DNA of 63,993 nt, filler included, from Fonticula-like sp. SCN 57-25 (taxonomy: Eukaryota), in NCBI GenBank assembly GCA_001724245.1. It is 7 parts of 7 records of this genome, joined end to end, with 100 filler letters (N's around TTAATTAATTAA, not from the genome) between each part and the next. Parts side by side here need not be neighbours in the genome. Positions count along the whole stretch, not along the records: positions 25,152 to 41,323 come from MEDX01000309.1; 6 more parts are not named here. One strand, written 5' to 3'. Below are positions 27,353-39,297 of this stretch, piece after piece (the first letter of the stretch is position 1; every line of letters starts with the position of its first letter). The notes under the pieces are model-generated. The model was not told the origin of the DNA, searched no databases, and saw only the letters and a program-made list of their open reading frames with translations. Position numbers and translations under genes: made by a program.

Positions 27353-27689
27353 TGTCAAGGCCCCCAATTGGTATGGTCGGCGCGGGGAATCCTGCTGCGC
27401 TCGACCATTCTTTTCTTTTATCTTGAAGGTATCTTTTTGTTTCTGCCCCTGCTAATGCGCTGGTAATGCGCGGGTTGCATGTATCGCAAACCACATCCAC
27501 CCATTGTATCCAATCGCACCCAATTCGAATTTGAACCCATAATACACCCCAAATAGTCGCAAATGGGCGGCGCGCGTCTTCGTGGAGCTTCTTTCGCTCT
27601 ACCCACTCCCAGTTAAGGTAGCCAAAGGCAACTGCTTTCCGTGAGCCACTCGTAGTCGGCGCCTCGAAGTGAGTGAGCCTTGGCGGGGC

Positions 27690-27762
27690 AGACCAATCGG
27701 CGTGGGGAAATGACCAATCAAAATACGAATAGGGTCAACAAATCAGCGCTCCTGATTGGACC
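27690..27762. promoter_or_regulatory. Three CCAAT boxes upstream of the acyl-CoA synthetase
   Basis: GACCAATCG, GACCAATCA and reverse CTGATTGG within about 70 bp, 100-170 bp upstream of the ATG. Confidence 0.5.
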
Positions 27763-27863
27763 GGCAAATTGTCATAAAAGGAAACAGTCAAAAGAAAAGA
27801 AAAAAATCGGTTCCCCTCGCGATTCACTCGTTCTCTTTTCTTTCGGTAGTCAAGGGACAGGAA

Positions 27864-30090
27864 ATGGGTACGTGAGGAGATGGGGCCCCGAACGATTTCG
27901 TTCGGCGGCAGCGCCGGTTAATTGGGGGCCGCCGCTAACATTTGCGTGGTTTCTTTTTTGTTTTCTTTTTGCTTTTAGCGGCCCTTAAGCAGTACACTGT
28001 TGAGGTCAACGTGCCGGAGAAGGCTGGCGAGGGCAAGCCCCGCCGTAACATCCTCCTGGGCCAGGGCGAGCCCACCGTCTACTATGATCCCAAGATCACG
28101 ACCCTTTGGGAGAACTTTGAGAAGGGTTGCGCTGCCTCCGGTGCGCCGATTGGTCATCGTGCGTGCGTTGACTCACCGATTTACTTGTTTTCTTTTTTGA
28201 TCAGGCGACCAGCCGTGCTACGGTCGCCGCACTGTTACCAACGGCGTCGCCGGCGACTTCCAGTGGATGACCTACAACGAGGTCCGCACCACTGCCGTCC
28301 ACATCGGGTATGCAATTCTCTAGCCGGTTTGACGTGATTTGTAATCGTGATTTGCTAGTGCTGCCCTGGTCAAGATCGGCACCCCCGCCAAGGCCAACGT
28401 TGGTCTCTACTCGATCAACCGCACTGAGTGGGTCCTCGGTGAGCTCGCTTGCTATGCCTACAGCTTTGTCACCGTGCCCCTCTACGATACCCTCGGCGAT
28501 GAGGCCATCGAGCACATTGTTGTCCAGACCGAGCAGTCCGTCATCTTCCTGACGTCCGACAAGCTCAAGAACCTCATCAACCTCAAGGCCAAGCTCCCCT
28601 CGCTCAAGACGCTCATTATCATGGACAACTCGACCGACTCGGTGACCAAGGCCAAGGATGCCGGCTATGAGGCGTACACGTTCGAGGACTTCACCAAGCT
28701 CGGCGCCAGCAACGCGACCCCCGTCACCCCGGTCTCGTCGGATGACCTCGCTACCATCTGCTACACCAGCGGCACCACCGGTCTGCCCAAGGGTGTCATG
28801 CTCTCGCACCGCAACTTTGTTGCCGACTTCCAGTCGCTCAACTGGCTCGCCGACCGCGGCGATGGCCTCCAGATCACCCGCGACGATGTCCACATCTCGT
28901 ACCTCCCTCTTGCCCACGTCTTTGAGCGCATCGTCCACGCCTACCTCATGGGCCTCGGTTCCCGCATTGGTTTCTACCAGGGCGATACCCTCAAGCTCCT
29001 CGATGACGTCGCCGCTCTCCGCCCGACCATCTTTGTCAGCGTGCCCCGTCTCCTCAACCGCGTGTACGACAAGATCCTCGGCGCCATCGCCGCCGACGGA
29101 GGCATCAAGAAGTTCCTCTTTGACCGCGCCTATGCGTCCAAGCTGAGCTACCTCCGCCAGGGCCACTTCACCCACTGGTTCTGGGACCGCCTCATCTTCT
29201 CCAAGGTCCGTGCCCGCCTCGGCGGGCAGGTGCGCGTCATCCTCACTGGCTCGGCCCCCATCGGTGCCGATGTCATGGACTTCCTCCGCATCGCCTTCAG
29301 CTGCCACGTCTTTGAGGGCTACGGCCAGACCGAGTCGTGCGCCGGCTCGTGCCTTACCGGCCGCGCCGATCTCGAGTCGGGCACCGTCGGTGTGCCGCTC
29401 CCGGTCAACGACGTCAAGCTCGTCGACGTTCCCGAGATGAACTACACCAGCGCGGACAAGCCGTTCCCCCGCGGTGAGATCTGCTTCAAGGGTGCCAACA
29501 TTACCCCTGGCTACTACAAGGACGAGAAGAAGACCAAGGAGGACATTGACGCCGACGGCTGGCTGCACTCGGGCGACATTGGTCTCTGGGACGCCCAGGG
29601 CCGCCTCCGCATCATTGACCGCAAGAAGAACATCTTCAAGCTCGCCCAGGGTGAGTACATTGCCCCCGAGAAGATTGAGAACATCTACCAGAAGTCCAAG
29701 TGGGTCGCCCAGGCCTTTGTGCACGGCGAGTCCCTCAAGGCTTTCCTTGTCGGTGTCTTTGTCCCCGATGCCGAGACCATCCTCCCCTGGTGCAAGGAGC
29801 AGGGCATCCAGGGCACCACCCTCGCCGAGGTCATCAAGGACGAGCGTGTCAACAAGCTCATCCTCGCCGACGCCATCAAGACCGGCAAGGAGTGCGGCCT
29901 CAAGGGCTTTGAGCAGATCAAGCGCGTCCACCTCACCGCCGAGGCCTTCTCGGTCGAGAACGACCTCCTGACCCCCACCTTCAAGCTCAAGCGCCCGGTC
30001 TCCAAGCGCTTCTTTGAGAAGGAGCTCACCACCATGATGGACGATGTCGACGCCGAGGAGGCTGCCAAGAAGGCTAGCGCGTCCGCCTAA
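27864..30090 (+). CDS. Long-chain fatty acyl-CoA synthetase (ACSL/LACS)
   Basis: YTSGTTGLPKGV, SYLPLAH, EGYGQTE, DGWLHSGDIG, IIDRKKNIFKLAQGEYIAPE. Confidence 0.96.
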
Positions 30091-30313
30091 GCGCGCCCTA
30101 TTGAGTCGCTCTTGTTTGGTCTCGTTTCCCTCTTTGCTTGGTTGACCTTGTGTTTCGTTGAGAGTTTTTCTGTAGTCGTTCCATATCCGCCAATACAGCC
30201 CCGTATTTCAGTAATAATCGTTTCAGAGACTGGGATCGATAAGCACACGATACATCATTATCAAAGTGAATGAAAGTTTATTATTGTACACAGCAAAGCA
30301 CGAAAAGGCAAAA

Positions 30314-31432
30314 CTAAAAGACGAGCCGCTTGATGGCGGGCCGGTCTGACGCCTCCTCCTGCGCCTTCCTCTTGAGCGCCGCGGTCTCGGCCGGCGTGGC
30401 CGGCAGCCGCAGCTCGGACGGCTTGGTCGGCATGGGCGAGTTTGTAAAGTACGGGTGGCGCAGAGCGCCCTCGGCGGACACGCGCTGCATCGGGTTGAGC
30501 CGCAGCATGGCGTCGAGGAGGGCGAGCGCGTCGGGGGCGGCGGCAGTGAAGAGCGTCGAGAGCGGCGGCTTGGGCTGCGCGCCAAAGGCGACGTAGCCAG
30601 GCAGTGATTTGACGTCCGGCCACTCGTCCTCGGAAGGTGTCCCGCGCGCCCTGAATATTGTGTCGAGCTGGTCAAAGTCGCTGTCCTTGCCCGCCAGGTA
30701 CGGCGTGCGGAGCATGAGCTCGCCAAAGATGCACCCGACGGACCAAATGTCAACGGCAGGGCCGTACGACCGCGCGCCAAAGAGGAGTTCGGGCGCGCGG
30801 TAGAAGCGCGTCACTACTTCTGGCGTGAGCTGACGCCCGGGCTCGGGAAGGAAGCGCGCGAGGCCAAAATCGGCCACCTTGAGCACGCCGCGGCTGTCGA
30901 TCAGCAAATTGTTGGGCTTCAAGTCCTGATGGGCAAAAAACATGAGCGAAAGAAAGCACAAAAAAAGAGACGAACGCGGTGAAGAAGAAAATGCGCGTGG
31001 CAGTGGTGAACGCCGCGGAGCGTCATGAGCATCCAGCTCTTGACATCCTCGGTGCGCAGCGAGATGGACATGTCCTTGATGACCTTTTCGAGATCCGTCA
31101 CGAGAAACTCGAGGACGAGCCGAACGCTCCCGCGGTGAATAAATACGTCAAGCAGCTGAAGGACGTTGGGGTGGCACAGTTCGCGCATGGACGCAATCTC
31201 GCGGAGCGCAGAGAGATTGACGCCGCACGCCGTATTGCCGACGCTGATCTTTTTAATGGCCACCTCCTTGCCGCTCTCCCTAAATAAACGTTAGTTTGGC
31301 GCCGCGACAAAACTCACCGTACTTGTCAATTGCAAGCCGAACGGTGGCATATGCACCCTGCCCTAACCGCGCGCGCTTCTCGTAGCGCGCGAGCGCCACC
31401 GCCGACGATGGCGGGATCCCCGACGCCTCCAT
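30314..31432 (-). CDS. CDK7: CDK-activating kinase CDK7/Kin28
   Basis: LGQGAYATV, GVNLSALREI, HR|DLKPNNLL, DFGLAR, VVTRFYRAPELLFGA. Confidence 0.92.
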
Positions 31433-31488
31433 TACGGCCACGTGATCGAGATGCGAGTGCACAGTCAGCAGAACGCCAGTCGGGTGCC

Positions 31489-31728
31489 ATGGCGCGGTTG
31501 TCGGGTCTGCAGCTGCAGGTGCTTGCGCTGTACCGCTCGTTCATGCGGCTGGCCAAGACCAAGCCGCAGCAGGACCGCAGCGACTTTGTTGCGCTGGTAC
31601 GGAGCGAGTTCCGCGAGCGAAGCGGATTGCCGAGGACGGACCGCCACGCCATCGAGTACTTTTTGAGGCGCGGGCGGCGTCAGCTAGAGACGCTGTCAGC
31701 GCCAAACGTGCGTGCCGTGCGCAGGTAG
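31489..31728 (+). CDS. SDHAF1: LYR-motif succinate dehydrogenase assembly factor 1
   Basis: [16 protein letters not shown]...RSEFR...[14 protein letters not shown]. Confidence 0.9.
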   Translation: MARLSGLQLQVLALYRSFMRLAKTKPQQDRSDFVALVRSEFRERSGLPRTDRHAIEYFLRRGRRQLETLSAPNVRAVRR

Positions 31729-31798
31729 AGACGTCTTATTAGAATTATAGTGCATTGATAGTGACTGACTGTATATTTCAAATGTATAATGTGATTTC

Positions 31799-33121
31799 CT
31801 ACTTGCGAACGGCGGATCCGACCGCCTCCGAGATCGACTTGAACCCGTTCTCGCGAAGGATGGCTGCGACAAGGGGAACTTGGGTCAGCACAGGAAAGGA
31901 GAAGCCCAAAGGAGAAAAACGCACCCGCGAGCTCGTCCTTGATGCGAGGAACGAGAGCCGGGCCCTCATAGGCGAGCGCGCTGTAGAGCTGAACAAGGCT
32001 TGCGCCATGCGTGATCTTTTCATAGGCATCGCGCCCTGACGAGATACCGCCGGCACCAATAATTGGAATCGCTAAAAGACGACGTGAGCCAACGTCAGTA
32101 TAAAGCCAATCAAATATAAAGCGAGTGCACGCACCGCCCTTTGTGAGCTTGTACATGTCCTCGACCATTTTCGTCGACATTTCCTTGAGCGGCGCGCCGC
32201 TCAGACCTCCTACCTCGCCCTTGTGCACCGACTGAAGGGTCTCTGGCCGCGCAACTAGCACCATTGCTGTAAGACACAGAGAGGGTAAACCGCGGATAGC
32301 GTACTCGTTGTGTTGCTGACGATGAGACCGCTGAGCTTGCGCGCGAGGGCGACGCTGGCAATGTCGCGCTTGTCCTCGTCGTTGAGGTCGGGCGCAATCT
32401 TGAGGAGGAGCGGCACGTCGGTCTTGCGGACGCTCTGGAGGTGCGCGACGAGCGCGTCGAGCTCGTCACGGCTCTGCAGCGCGCGGAGGCCGGGCGTGTT
32501 GGGCGACGACACGTTGATCACGACATAGTCGGCGAACTCGGCGAGCTCGATGAGGCCGCGCTCATAGTCGGCCTTGGCGTCGGTCTGCGTCTTGTTCTTT
32601 CCGAGGTTGACGCCGACGAGGCCGGCCGGGCGGCCCTCGCGCGCGTCCCACTTGGCGAGGCGCACCTTGACGGGCTCGATGCCGTCGCTGTTGAAGCCGT
32701 AGCGGTTAATGACGGCGTTGTCCTCGGACAGGCGGAACATGCGCGGCTTGGGGTTGCCAGGCTGGGGGAGAGGCGTCACACTGCCAATCTCCACAAAGCC
32801 AAAGCCCATCTGCAGGAGGTTGTCCATCGCCTCGGCCTGCTTGTCGAAGCCGGCGGCCAGACCGACAGGGTTGCTAAACTCGCGCCCGAATACGGTCGTC
32901 TTGAGGATTTCGTCGTCGGGGCGGCGGTCGCGCGGGGCGAGGTTGTGCGCTGCGAGCCAGATCGCAAGGTGGTGCGACGACTCGGGGTCCAGCATGCGGA
33001 TGGCCGGCATCACCACGCTGCCGAGGATGGGCGAGCGCGCATCGGTGAGCGCGTAGCCGCCAAACGCAACAACGGCGCCACCAACAAGTCCAACGGTCGC
33101 AGCAATGCTGCCCGGGCTCAT
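31799..33121 (-). CDS. DHODH: Dihydroorotate dehydrogenase class 2 (quinone, mitochondrial)
   Basis: [44 protein letters not shown]. Confidence 0.96.
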
Positions 33122-33203
33122 GGAGCGGCGGTGGCGGTGGAAGTGTCGGTTTGCAGGACAGTTTGCAGGTCAGTTTGCGTTCCAGTTTGCATCAACAAGC
33201 GCA

Positions 33204-34337
33204 ATGACCGAAGTCGCCGTCGGAGTGATTGGCCCTGGGCTCGTCGGCAGTGCTGTTCTGCAGCAGCTTGCTGCGCAGCGTGTACGTATGTTGCCATATG
33301 TACTGTTTACCTAATTCTTGGTTCAGGATGTGATTAGGACCCGCCGCGGTGCCACATTCAACGTTCTCGCGGTCGCGTCGTCCAAGCGGATGCTGCTGAC
33401 ACAGACCCACATTGTGGAGGCTGACTGGGCCGCCGTACTCAACAGCGACCGCGGAGCCCCTCTCGATTTGGCTGCGTTTGCGAATTTCCTGCTGGCAGCC
33501 GCCGGGCCTCGTCGCGCTGTCATTGTGGACTGCTCCGCGTCCGAGTCGCTGCCCCTCGAGTATGCGGGTTGGATCGCTCGCGGGATCCACATCGTGACGC
33601 CCAACAAGAAGGGCTTTTCTTCCGACCTCGCGCTGTACCAGAGCCTGACGACTCGCGGCCCTGCGCTTTGTCTCTTTGAGGCGACCGTCGGCGCGGGCCT
33701 TCCCGTCCTTGCGACGCTGACGGACATGATGGACAGCGGCGATCGCGTCGAGGAGGTCGAGGGGATCCTGTCGGGCACCCTCTCCTTCATCTTTAATACC
33801 TTCTCGACGCCCGCCGGCCCCTCTGCGCTGCGCTTCTCCGACATTGTCAAGGACGCTCGCGCGCGCGGCTTCACCGAGCCCGACCCGCGCGACGACCTCA
33901 ATGGGATGGACTTTGCCCGCAAGGTCGTCATCCTGGCGCGCATCGCCGGCTTTGCGTCCGACCTGTCCACGACGCAGGTTCAGAATCTGGTCCCGCCGGC
34001 GCTCCAGTCGGTCACCGGGACGGACGCCTTCCTCGCGCGCCTTGACGAGATGGACGCCGAGTTTGACCGGCTGAACCGCGAGGCGTTCGCGGCGGGGCAG
34101 GTGCTCAGGTACGTCGGCCGGATCGACGGCAACGGCGCCGGCTCGGTCGGGCTGCAGCGGTACGCATTCGCGCACCCGTTTGCGGGGCTTAGCGGCAGCG
34201 ACAACATTGTTTCGCTGCGCACGGAGCGGTACTCGAACCCGCTCATCATCCGCGGGGCGGGGGCCGGGGCGCAGGTCACGGCGATGGGCGTGCTCGGCAA
34301 CATGCTGCGCATCGCAGACGCGTGCTCAATGATGTAG
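33204..34337 (+). CDS. HOM6: Monofunctional homoserine dehydrogenase (HOM6-like)
   Basis: GPGLVG, TPNKK, EATVGAGLP, GILSGTLSFIFN, EPDPRDDLNG, GAGAG. Confidence 0.93.
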
Positions 34338-34675
34338 ACAACTAAAAAAGAATAATAGTGCAGTATATGTTTATTCAGATGAACATCATCACAAAAGGCC
34401 ATCGATGACGAGTATGAGGGGCCCAATGTCCAACCTGGCATGGCAGCCGAGCAAAAGAGGAGCAAGAAAAAAGGGCAGACAAAAAAGGTGCATGCGGATA
34501 ACGCCGCCCTCTCGCAATAACACAAGAGTAGGCGGTGCTCAAACCATCCATAGACGGATCCGGTCACATGCGTCTATGAAGAATTGCGCCAAAAAAGGGC
34601 GAATATGAAAACGAAAAAATGGATCACTCAAAACATAATGACATCGCAATAGGGTATACGTGTTAACGTATGTGG

Positions 34676-35685
34676 TTAAGCGCCGGGCACCGAGGCGCGC
34701 ACGACGTGCTGAATCTGCTGCTGCTGCTGCTGCTTGGCGTTCTCGCTGGACTCGAGGAAAAAGTCGCCAAAGTAGGTGATGCAGCGGTCGAGGACGGTGG
34801 TGCCGATGGCGAGACGCGCAGCGCGCGGCACAGCGCCGGCCCAGAGAGCCTTGACGCCGCGGGTGGAGATGAGGTTGCGGACCTGCGCAGTCATCGACAC
34901 GCGCGCCTGTCCCTCCTTGGACTCTTGCGCGAGCGTCTTGATCGTGTCAAACGGCTGCGTGAGCAGACCACCGGTGATGCCGGCCGTGATGCCAGAGATA
35001 ACATACAGCTAAGCACACGCATGCGCGTCAGTAAAGCGTTACCAAAGAAAAAGAGGAAAACAAAAGTTAAATGTGTCGAAAAACGTACCAGGTGCTGGTT
35101 GCTATCCGGGAAGGCCTCACGCATGTAGCTAAAGTAGATCGGGTTGATGCCAAAGAGGGTCGCGCCATAACCGGCCTCGCGGATGGTCGTCGCGGAGAGG
35201 CCCGTGAACGAGCGGCGGATGGAGCCGGTGTTGGCGAGGAGGGAACGCAGGCTGAGGCCGTTGTTCTGCATCTGCGTCTTGAACCACTCGCTCATGCACG
35301 AGACGGGCGTCGCGATGACGCCGGCGACGGCACCAGCCGACATGAGCTGGCCGCGCGTCGTCACGTCAAAGCCGTACGAGGTGGCAAAGTTCTTGTAGGT
35401 CTCGTTACCGATCTTGAGGGACGAAATGTACACGGCGCGGAAGACGACCATGGGCGCCATGCCAGAGTACCAGTGGCCGAGGCCCATGGCGGCGAACTGG
35501 CGGAAGCCGACGCGGTTCGCAGACTGGAGGCCGGTCTTGTACGTGTCGATCGGCTGGCAGAGAAGGATCTCGGTCCAGCCAGACAGGGTACCGACCATGA
35601 TCTGCTGAGGAAGGGTCAGGCACGGGCGCTGATACACCGTCTCAATGACCGTCTCACAGGGGACGGAACTGTCGGAAGCGCTCAT
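34676..35685 (-). CDS. Mitochondrial carrier (SLC25) family protein
   Basis: PIDTYKT, EWFKTQMQ and PFDTIKT signature repeats; one intron. Confidence 0.88.
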
Positions 35686-36060
35686 GGTTGGGGTGATCTC
35701 GGTAGATTAGAGAACCGAAACGGAAAGAAAGAAAGCCGGAGCGGGCTGGATGGAGACAACGCGGAAGCGTGTGGGATCAGGTACGCCAATCAAGCGCGAG
35801 AGATTGACCGCGACGGACCGCGCACGCGGCTCTCGCGAGGAGCAAGGTTGACGAACAAAAAGCTGGCACGCAACGTGATGAGTTTGCACCGCATCATTCG
35901 ACGAATTGGGGTGGGTACCCCCGTTACGTCCGATCACAGAGGGAGAATGGATGGGGGACAGGCAAGAGTCCCCCCAGAAATCACGTGAGTGTCACTCCTG
36001 CGCTAACGGACGCTGACGTACGCGAAACCGACCGTCGGTTGAGGAGCGCCGCAGCGAGGG

Positions 36061-39000
36061 ATGCCGGTGCCGGACGGGTTCTTCCTGGTACGAGCGGGGT
36101 CTTTTGTTTCTACTCTGGTGCTAATGTGTGGAGTCTAGAATGAGGATGACATTCCCTTTGAGGAGGAGCTGTTGAGGAATCCGACCACGCTGCGCGGATG
36201 GCTCAGGTATCTGCAGCACAAGACGGGCACCGACGAGCCGATCCGTTATCAGATCTTTGAGCGCGCCGTCAAGGGTGCGCGTTGCAGGGTATTTGCGCTT
36301 GTTTTTCTTACTCTTTTTGTTAGAATTGCCGGGAAGCTATAAACTATGGAAGCAGTACCTTGATGAACGCCGTGCGGTTGCCGCGCATCTGCCCGTGTCG
36401 CACCGCTTTTACGAGCAGACGAACCAGGCGTACGAGCGCGCGCTCGTCCTTCTCAACAAGGTGCGCTTTTTTATATGCTTTTTTATTGTCTGCTCACGAT
36501 TATTTGATAGATGCCGCGCATCTGGCTCGACTATTGTGATTTTCTTGTTCAGCAGCGCCTTTTGACGCGGGCGCGCCTTGCGTATGATGAAGCGCTTCGT
36601 GCGCTGCCGATCACGCAGCACGATCGCGTATGGGAGCCCTACCTCAAGTTTGTTCATTCAATGTGCCCCGTCGAGACGGCCGTGCGCGTACATCGTCGCT
36701 TCCTTAAGCTTCACCCTGATCGCGCCGAAGATTACATTGACTTTTTGGTCGAGTCGGAGCGCTTTGACGAAGCGGCGCTCCGCCTTGCGGGCCTCATCAA
36801 CGACGCCACCTTCCAGTCGCGGAACGGCAAGACGCAGCACCAGATGTGGGTTGAGCTTACCGACATGTGCTCGCGCCACGCGCGCCATGTGCGCAGCATC
36901 AAGGTGGACCCCATCATCCGCTCTGGCATTGTGCGTTTCTCTGACAACCTTGGTCACCTCTGGACGTCCCTCGCGTCGTACTACACGCGCCTCGGCCAGT
37001 TTGACAAGGCGCGCGACGTGTACGAGGAGGCGATCACCTCTGTCCATTCCGCGCGCGACTTTAGCCAGATCTTTGACGCGTACGCCGAGTTTGAGGAGAC
37101 GATTGCGACGAGCCAGATGGACGCTGTGGCGCGCAACGCCCCCGGCGCCGAGGCGCAGCTTTCGCGCATGATGGCGCGCATCGAGAGCATCCTCGACCGC
37201 CGCCCATTCCTCATGAACGAGGTGCTGCTGCGGCAAAACCCGAACAATGTCCACGAGTGGCTCAAGCGCGCGCGACTCTTTGCGACGATGCCGCGCTCGG
37301 ACCCGGCCAAGGTCGCCGCCGTCTTTAACCAGGCCCTTGAGGCCGTCAACCCCAAGGAGGCCACCGGCCACTACAGCCACCTCTGGATCTCGTACGCGCT
37401 CTACTACGAGAACGGGTGCACAATGCCCGAGAAGCAGCAGCTTGACGAGGCGTCGGGCGTCGCGTCCGCGCCCATCGACGACGGATTCGCGTCGGGGTCA
37501 AAGCGCAAGCGCGACGACGACGACCACGACGGCAAGGGCAAGCCGTCGCAGCCGGACCTGCAGAGGGCGCGCGCCGTGTTTGAGCGCGCGGTAAAGGCGC
37601 CTTTCCGGCGCGTCGAGGAGCTCGCAGGCGTGTGGTGCGCGTACGGCGAGATGGAGCTGCGTCAGGGGTGCGAAATAACGCATTATTATGGAAATTTTGC
37701 TAATTATGCTTGCAGGCAACCGAAGCGCGCGCTGACGCTGATGGCCCGCGCGACGACGCCCGTGAAGCGCAATGTCAATTTCTACGACGAGGTATGCCTC
37801 TTTTGTGGTGTTTTCTGGCTTTTGAGCATATCCTAAAACCATTTTTGATGTGTTTCCAGGGTGAGACTGTGCAGGCGCGCGTGTACAAGTCGACGCGCCT
37901 TTGGTCTTTCTACGCCGACTTGGAAGAGTCGCACGGGACGGTCGAGTCGACCAAGGCCGTGTACGACCGCATCCTCGAGCTCAAGATTGCCACGCCGCAG
38001 ATCATCATCAACTATGCGCTGTTCCTCGAGGACAACAAGTACTTTGAGGAGGCGTTCAAGGTGTACGAGCGCGGCGTCGAGCTCTTCAAGTACCCGATCG
38101 CTTTCGAGATCTGGAACACGTACATTTCAAAGTTCATCAAGCGCTACGTACGACAATTATTCCGATTTTGTTACCGTGCTGACAGGTGCGCTAGGGTGGG
38201 AGCAAGCTGGAGCGCACGCGCGACATGTTTGAGCAGGCGCTCACGGACTGCCCGAGCAATCTCTGCAAGCCGCTGCTGCTCATGTACGCCAACCTCGAAG
38301 AGTCGTATGGCCTCGCTCGCCACGCCATGAAGATTTACGAGCGCGCCACGTCGGCCGTCGAGGAGAAGGACCGCTTCCAGGTGCGTTTTGCCCGCATTTT
38401 TACCCGCGTTTTTCTCACTTTTTTGTGCAGATGTATCAGCTGTACATTCAAAAGGCCGCTCAGACCTTTGGCATCACTGCGACGCGCCCCATCTACGAGC
38501 GCGCCATCGAGTCGCTGCCGCCCAAGGGCGCGCGCACCATGTGCCTGCGCTTTGCCGAGCTGGAGCGCAAGCTTGGCGAGCTCGACCGCGCGCGCGCCAT
38601 CTACTCGCACGGCTCGCAGTTTTGCGACCCGCGCGTCGACGACGAGTTCTGGCAGGTGTGGCGCGACTTTGAGGTCGACCACGGCAACGAGGACACGTTC
38701 CGCGAGATGGCGCGCATCAAGCGCAGTGTGCAGGCGCACTACAACTCGCAGGTCAACATCACGACGGCGCACCTGATCGCCGCCAAGTCGGCCGCGCCGG
38801 CGGTCGCCGATGGCCAGGCGATCCACCACATGGCCGTGCTCGAGGCGGCTGCCACGCCGAGCCGCGCCGCAGTGCCGTTCGTGCCGTCGTCCGAGAGCAA
38901 GGGGAAGGCCGCCGTCAACCTCGAGGAGATCGAGCTCGGGGACGACGACGACGAGGACATGGATAGCGCAGAGGGCGAGGAGAGCGGCGAGGAGGAGGAG

Positions 39001-39105
39001 GATGAGGACGAGGAGGGCAAGCCGCCGAGGGCGCCCGACGTCCGCGTCGAGCAGAAGAGCGTGCCAGAGGCAGTCTTTGGTGGGCTGCGCGCGTCGAAAG
39101 AGTGA
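36061..39105 (+). CDS. SYF1: Pre-mRNA splicing factor SYF1/XAB2 (HAT repeats)
   Basis: LPGSYKLW, MPRIWLDY, LRALPITQHDRVW, LLRQNPNNVHEW, HGNEDTFREM. Confidence 0.96.
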
Positions 39106-39297
39106 TGCAGTTTTTTTGCTTGAGCAGTGTGCAGGAGGGAGTTTCATTGTATTTAACCAAAATGAATAATTCTATTCTACAACATGATATCAATTTGCAC
39201 CGCTCGGGCTCATGCAAGGAGCGATGCGAATCCATCCAAAGCGACATAATATTAAACCAACTTCTCGAGTATCCTTCCATATAAATATGCACAAATT

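Noticed and set aside
28201-29931. 576-aa antisense ORF (also 4387-5487, 32441-33337, 33192-34175, 35071-35988, 62162-63217)
   Set aside because: Shadow ORFs caused by strong GC3 codon bias opposite well-conserved genes
26687-35685. Mitochondrial gene cluster (EMRE-like, SDHAF1, DHODH, carrier)
   Set aside because: Interleaved with unrelated genes (CDK7, ACSL, HOM6); plausible by chance in a compact genome
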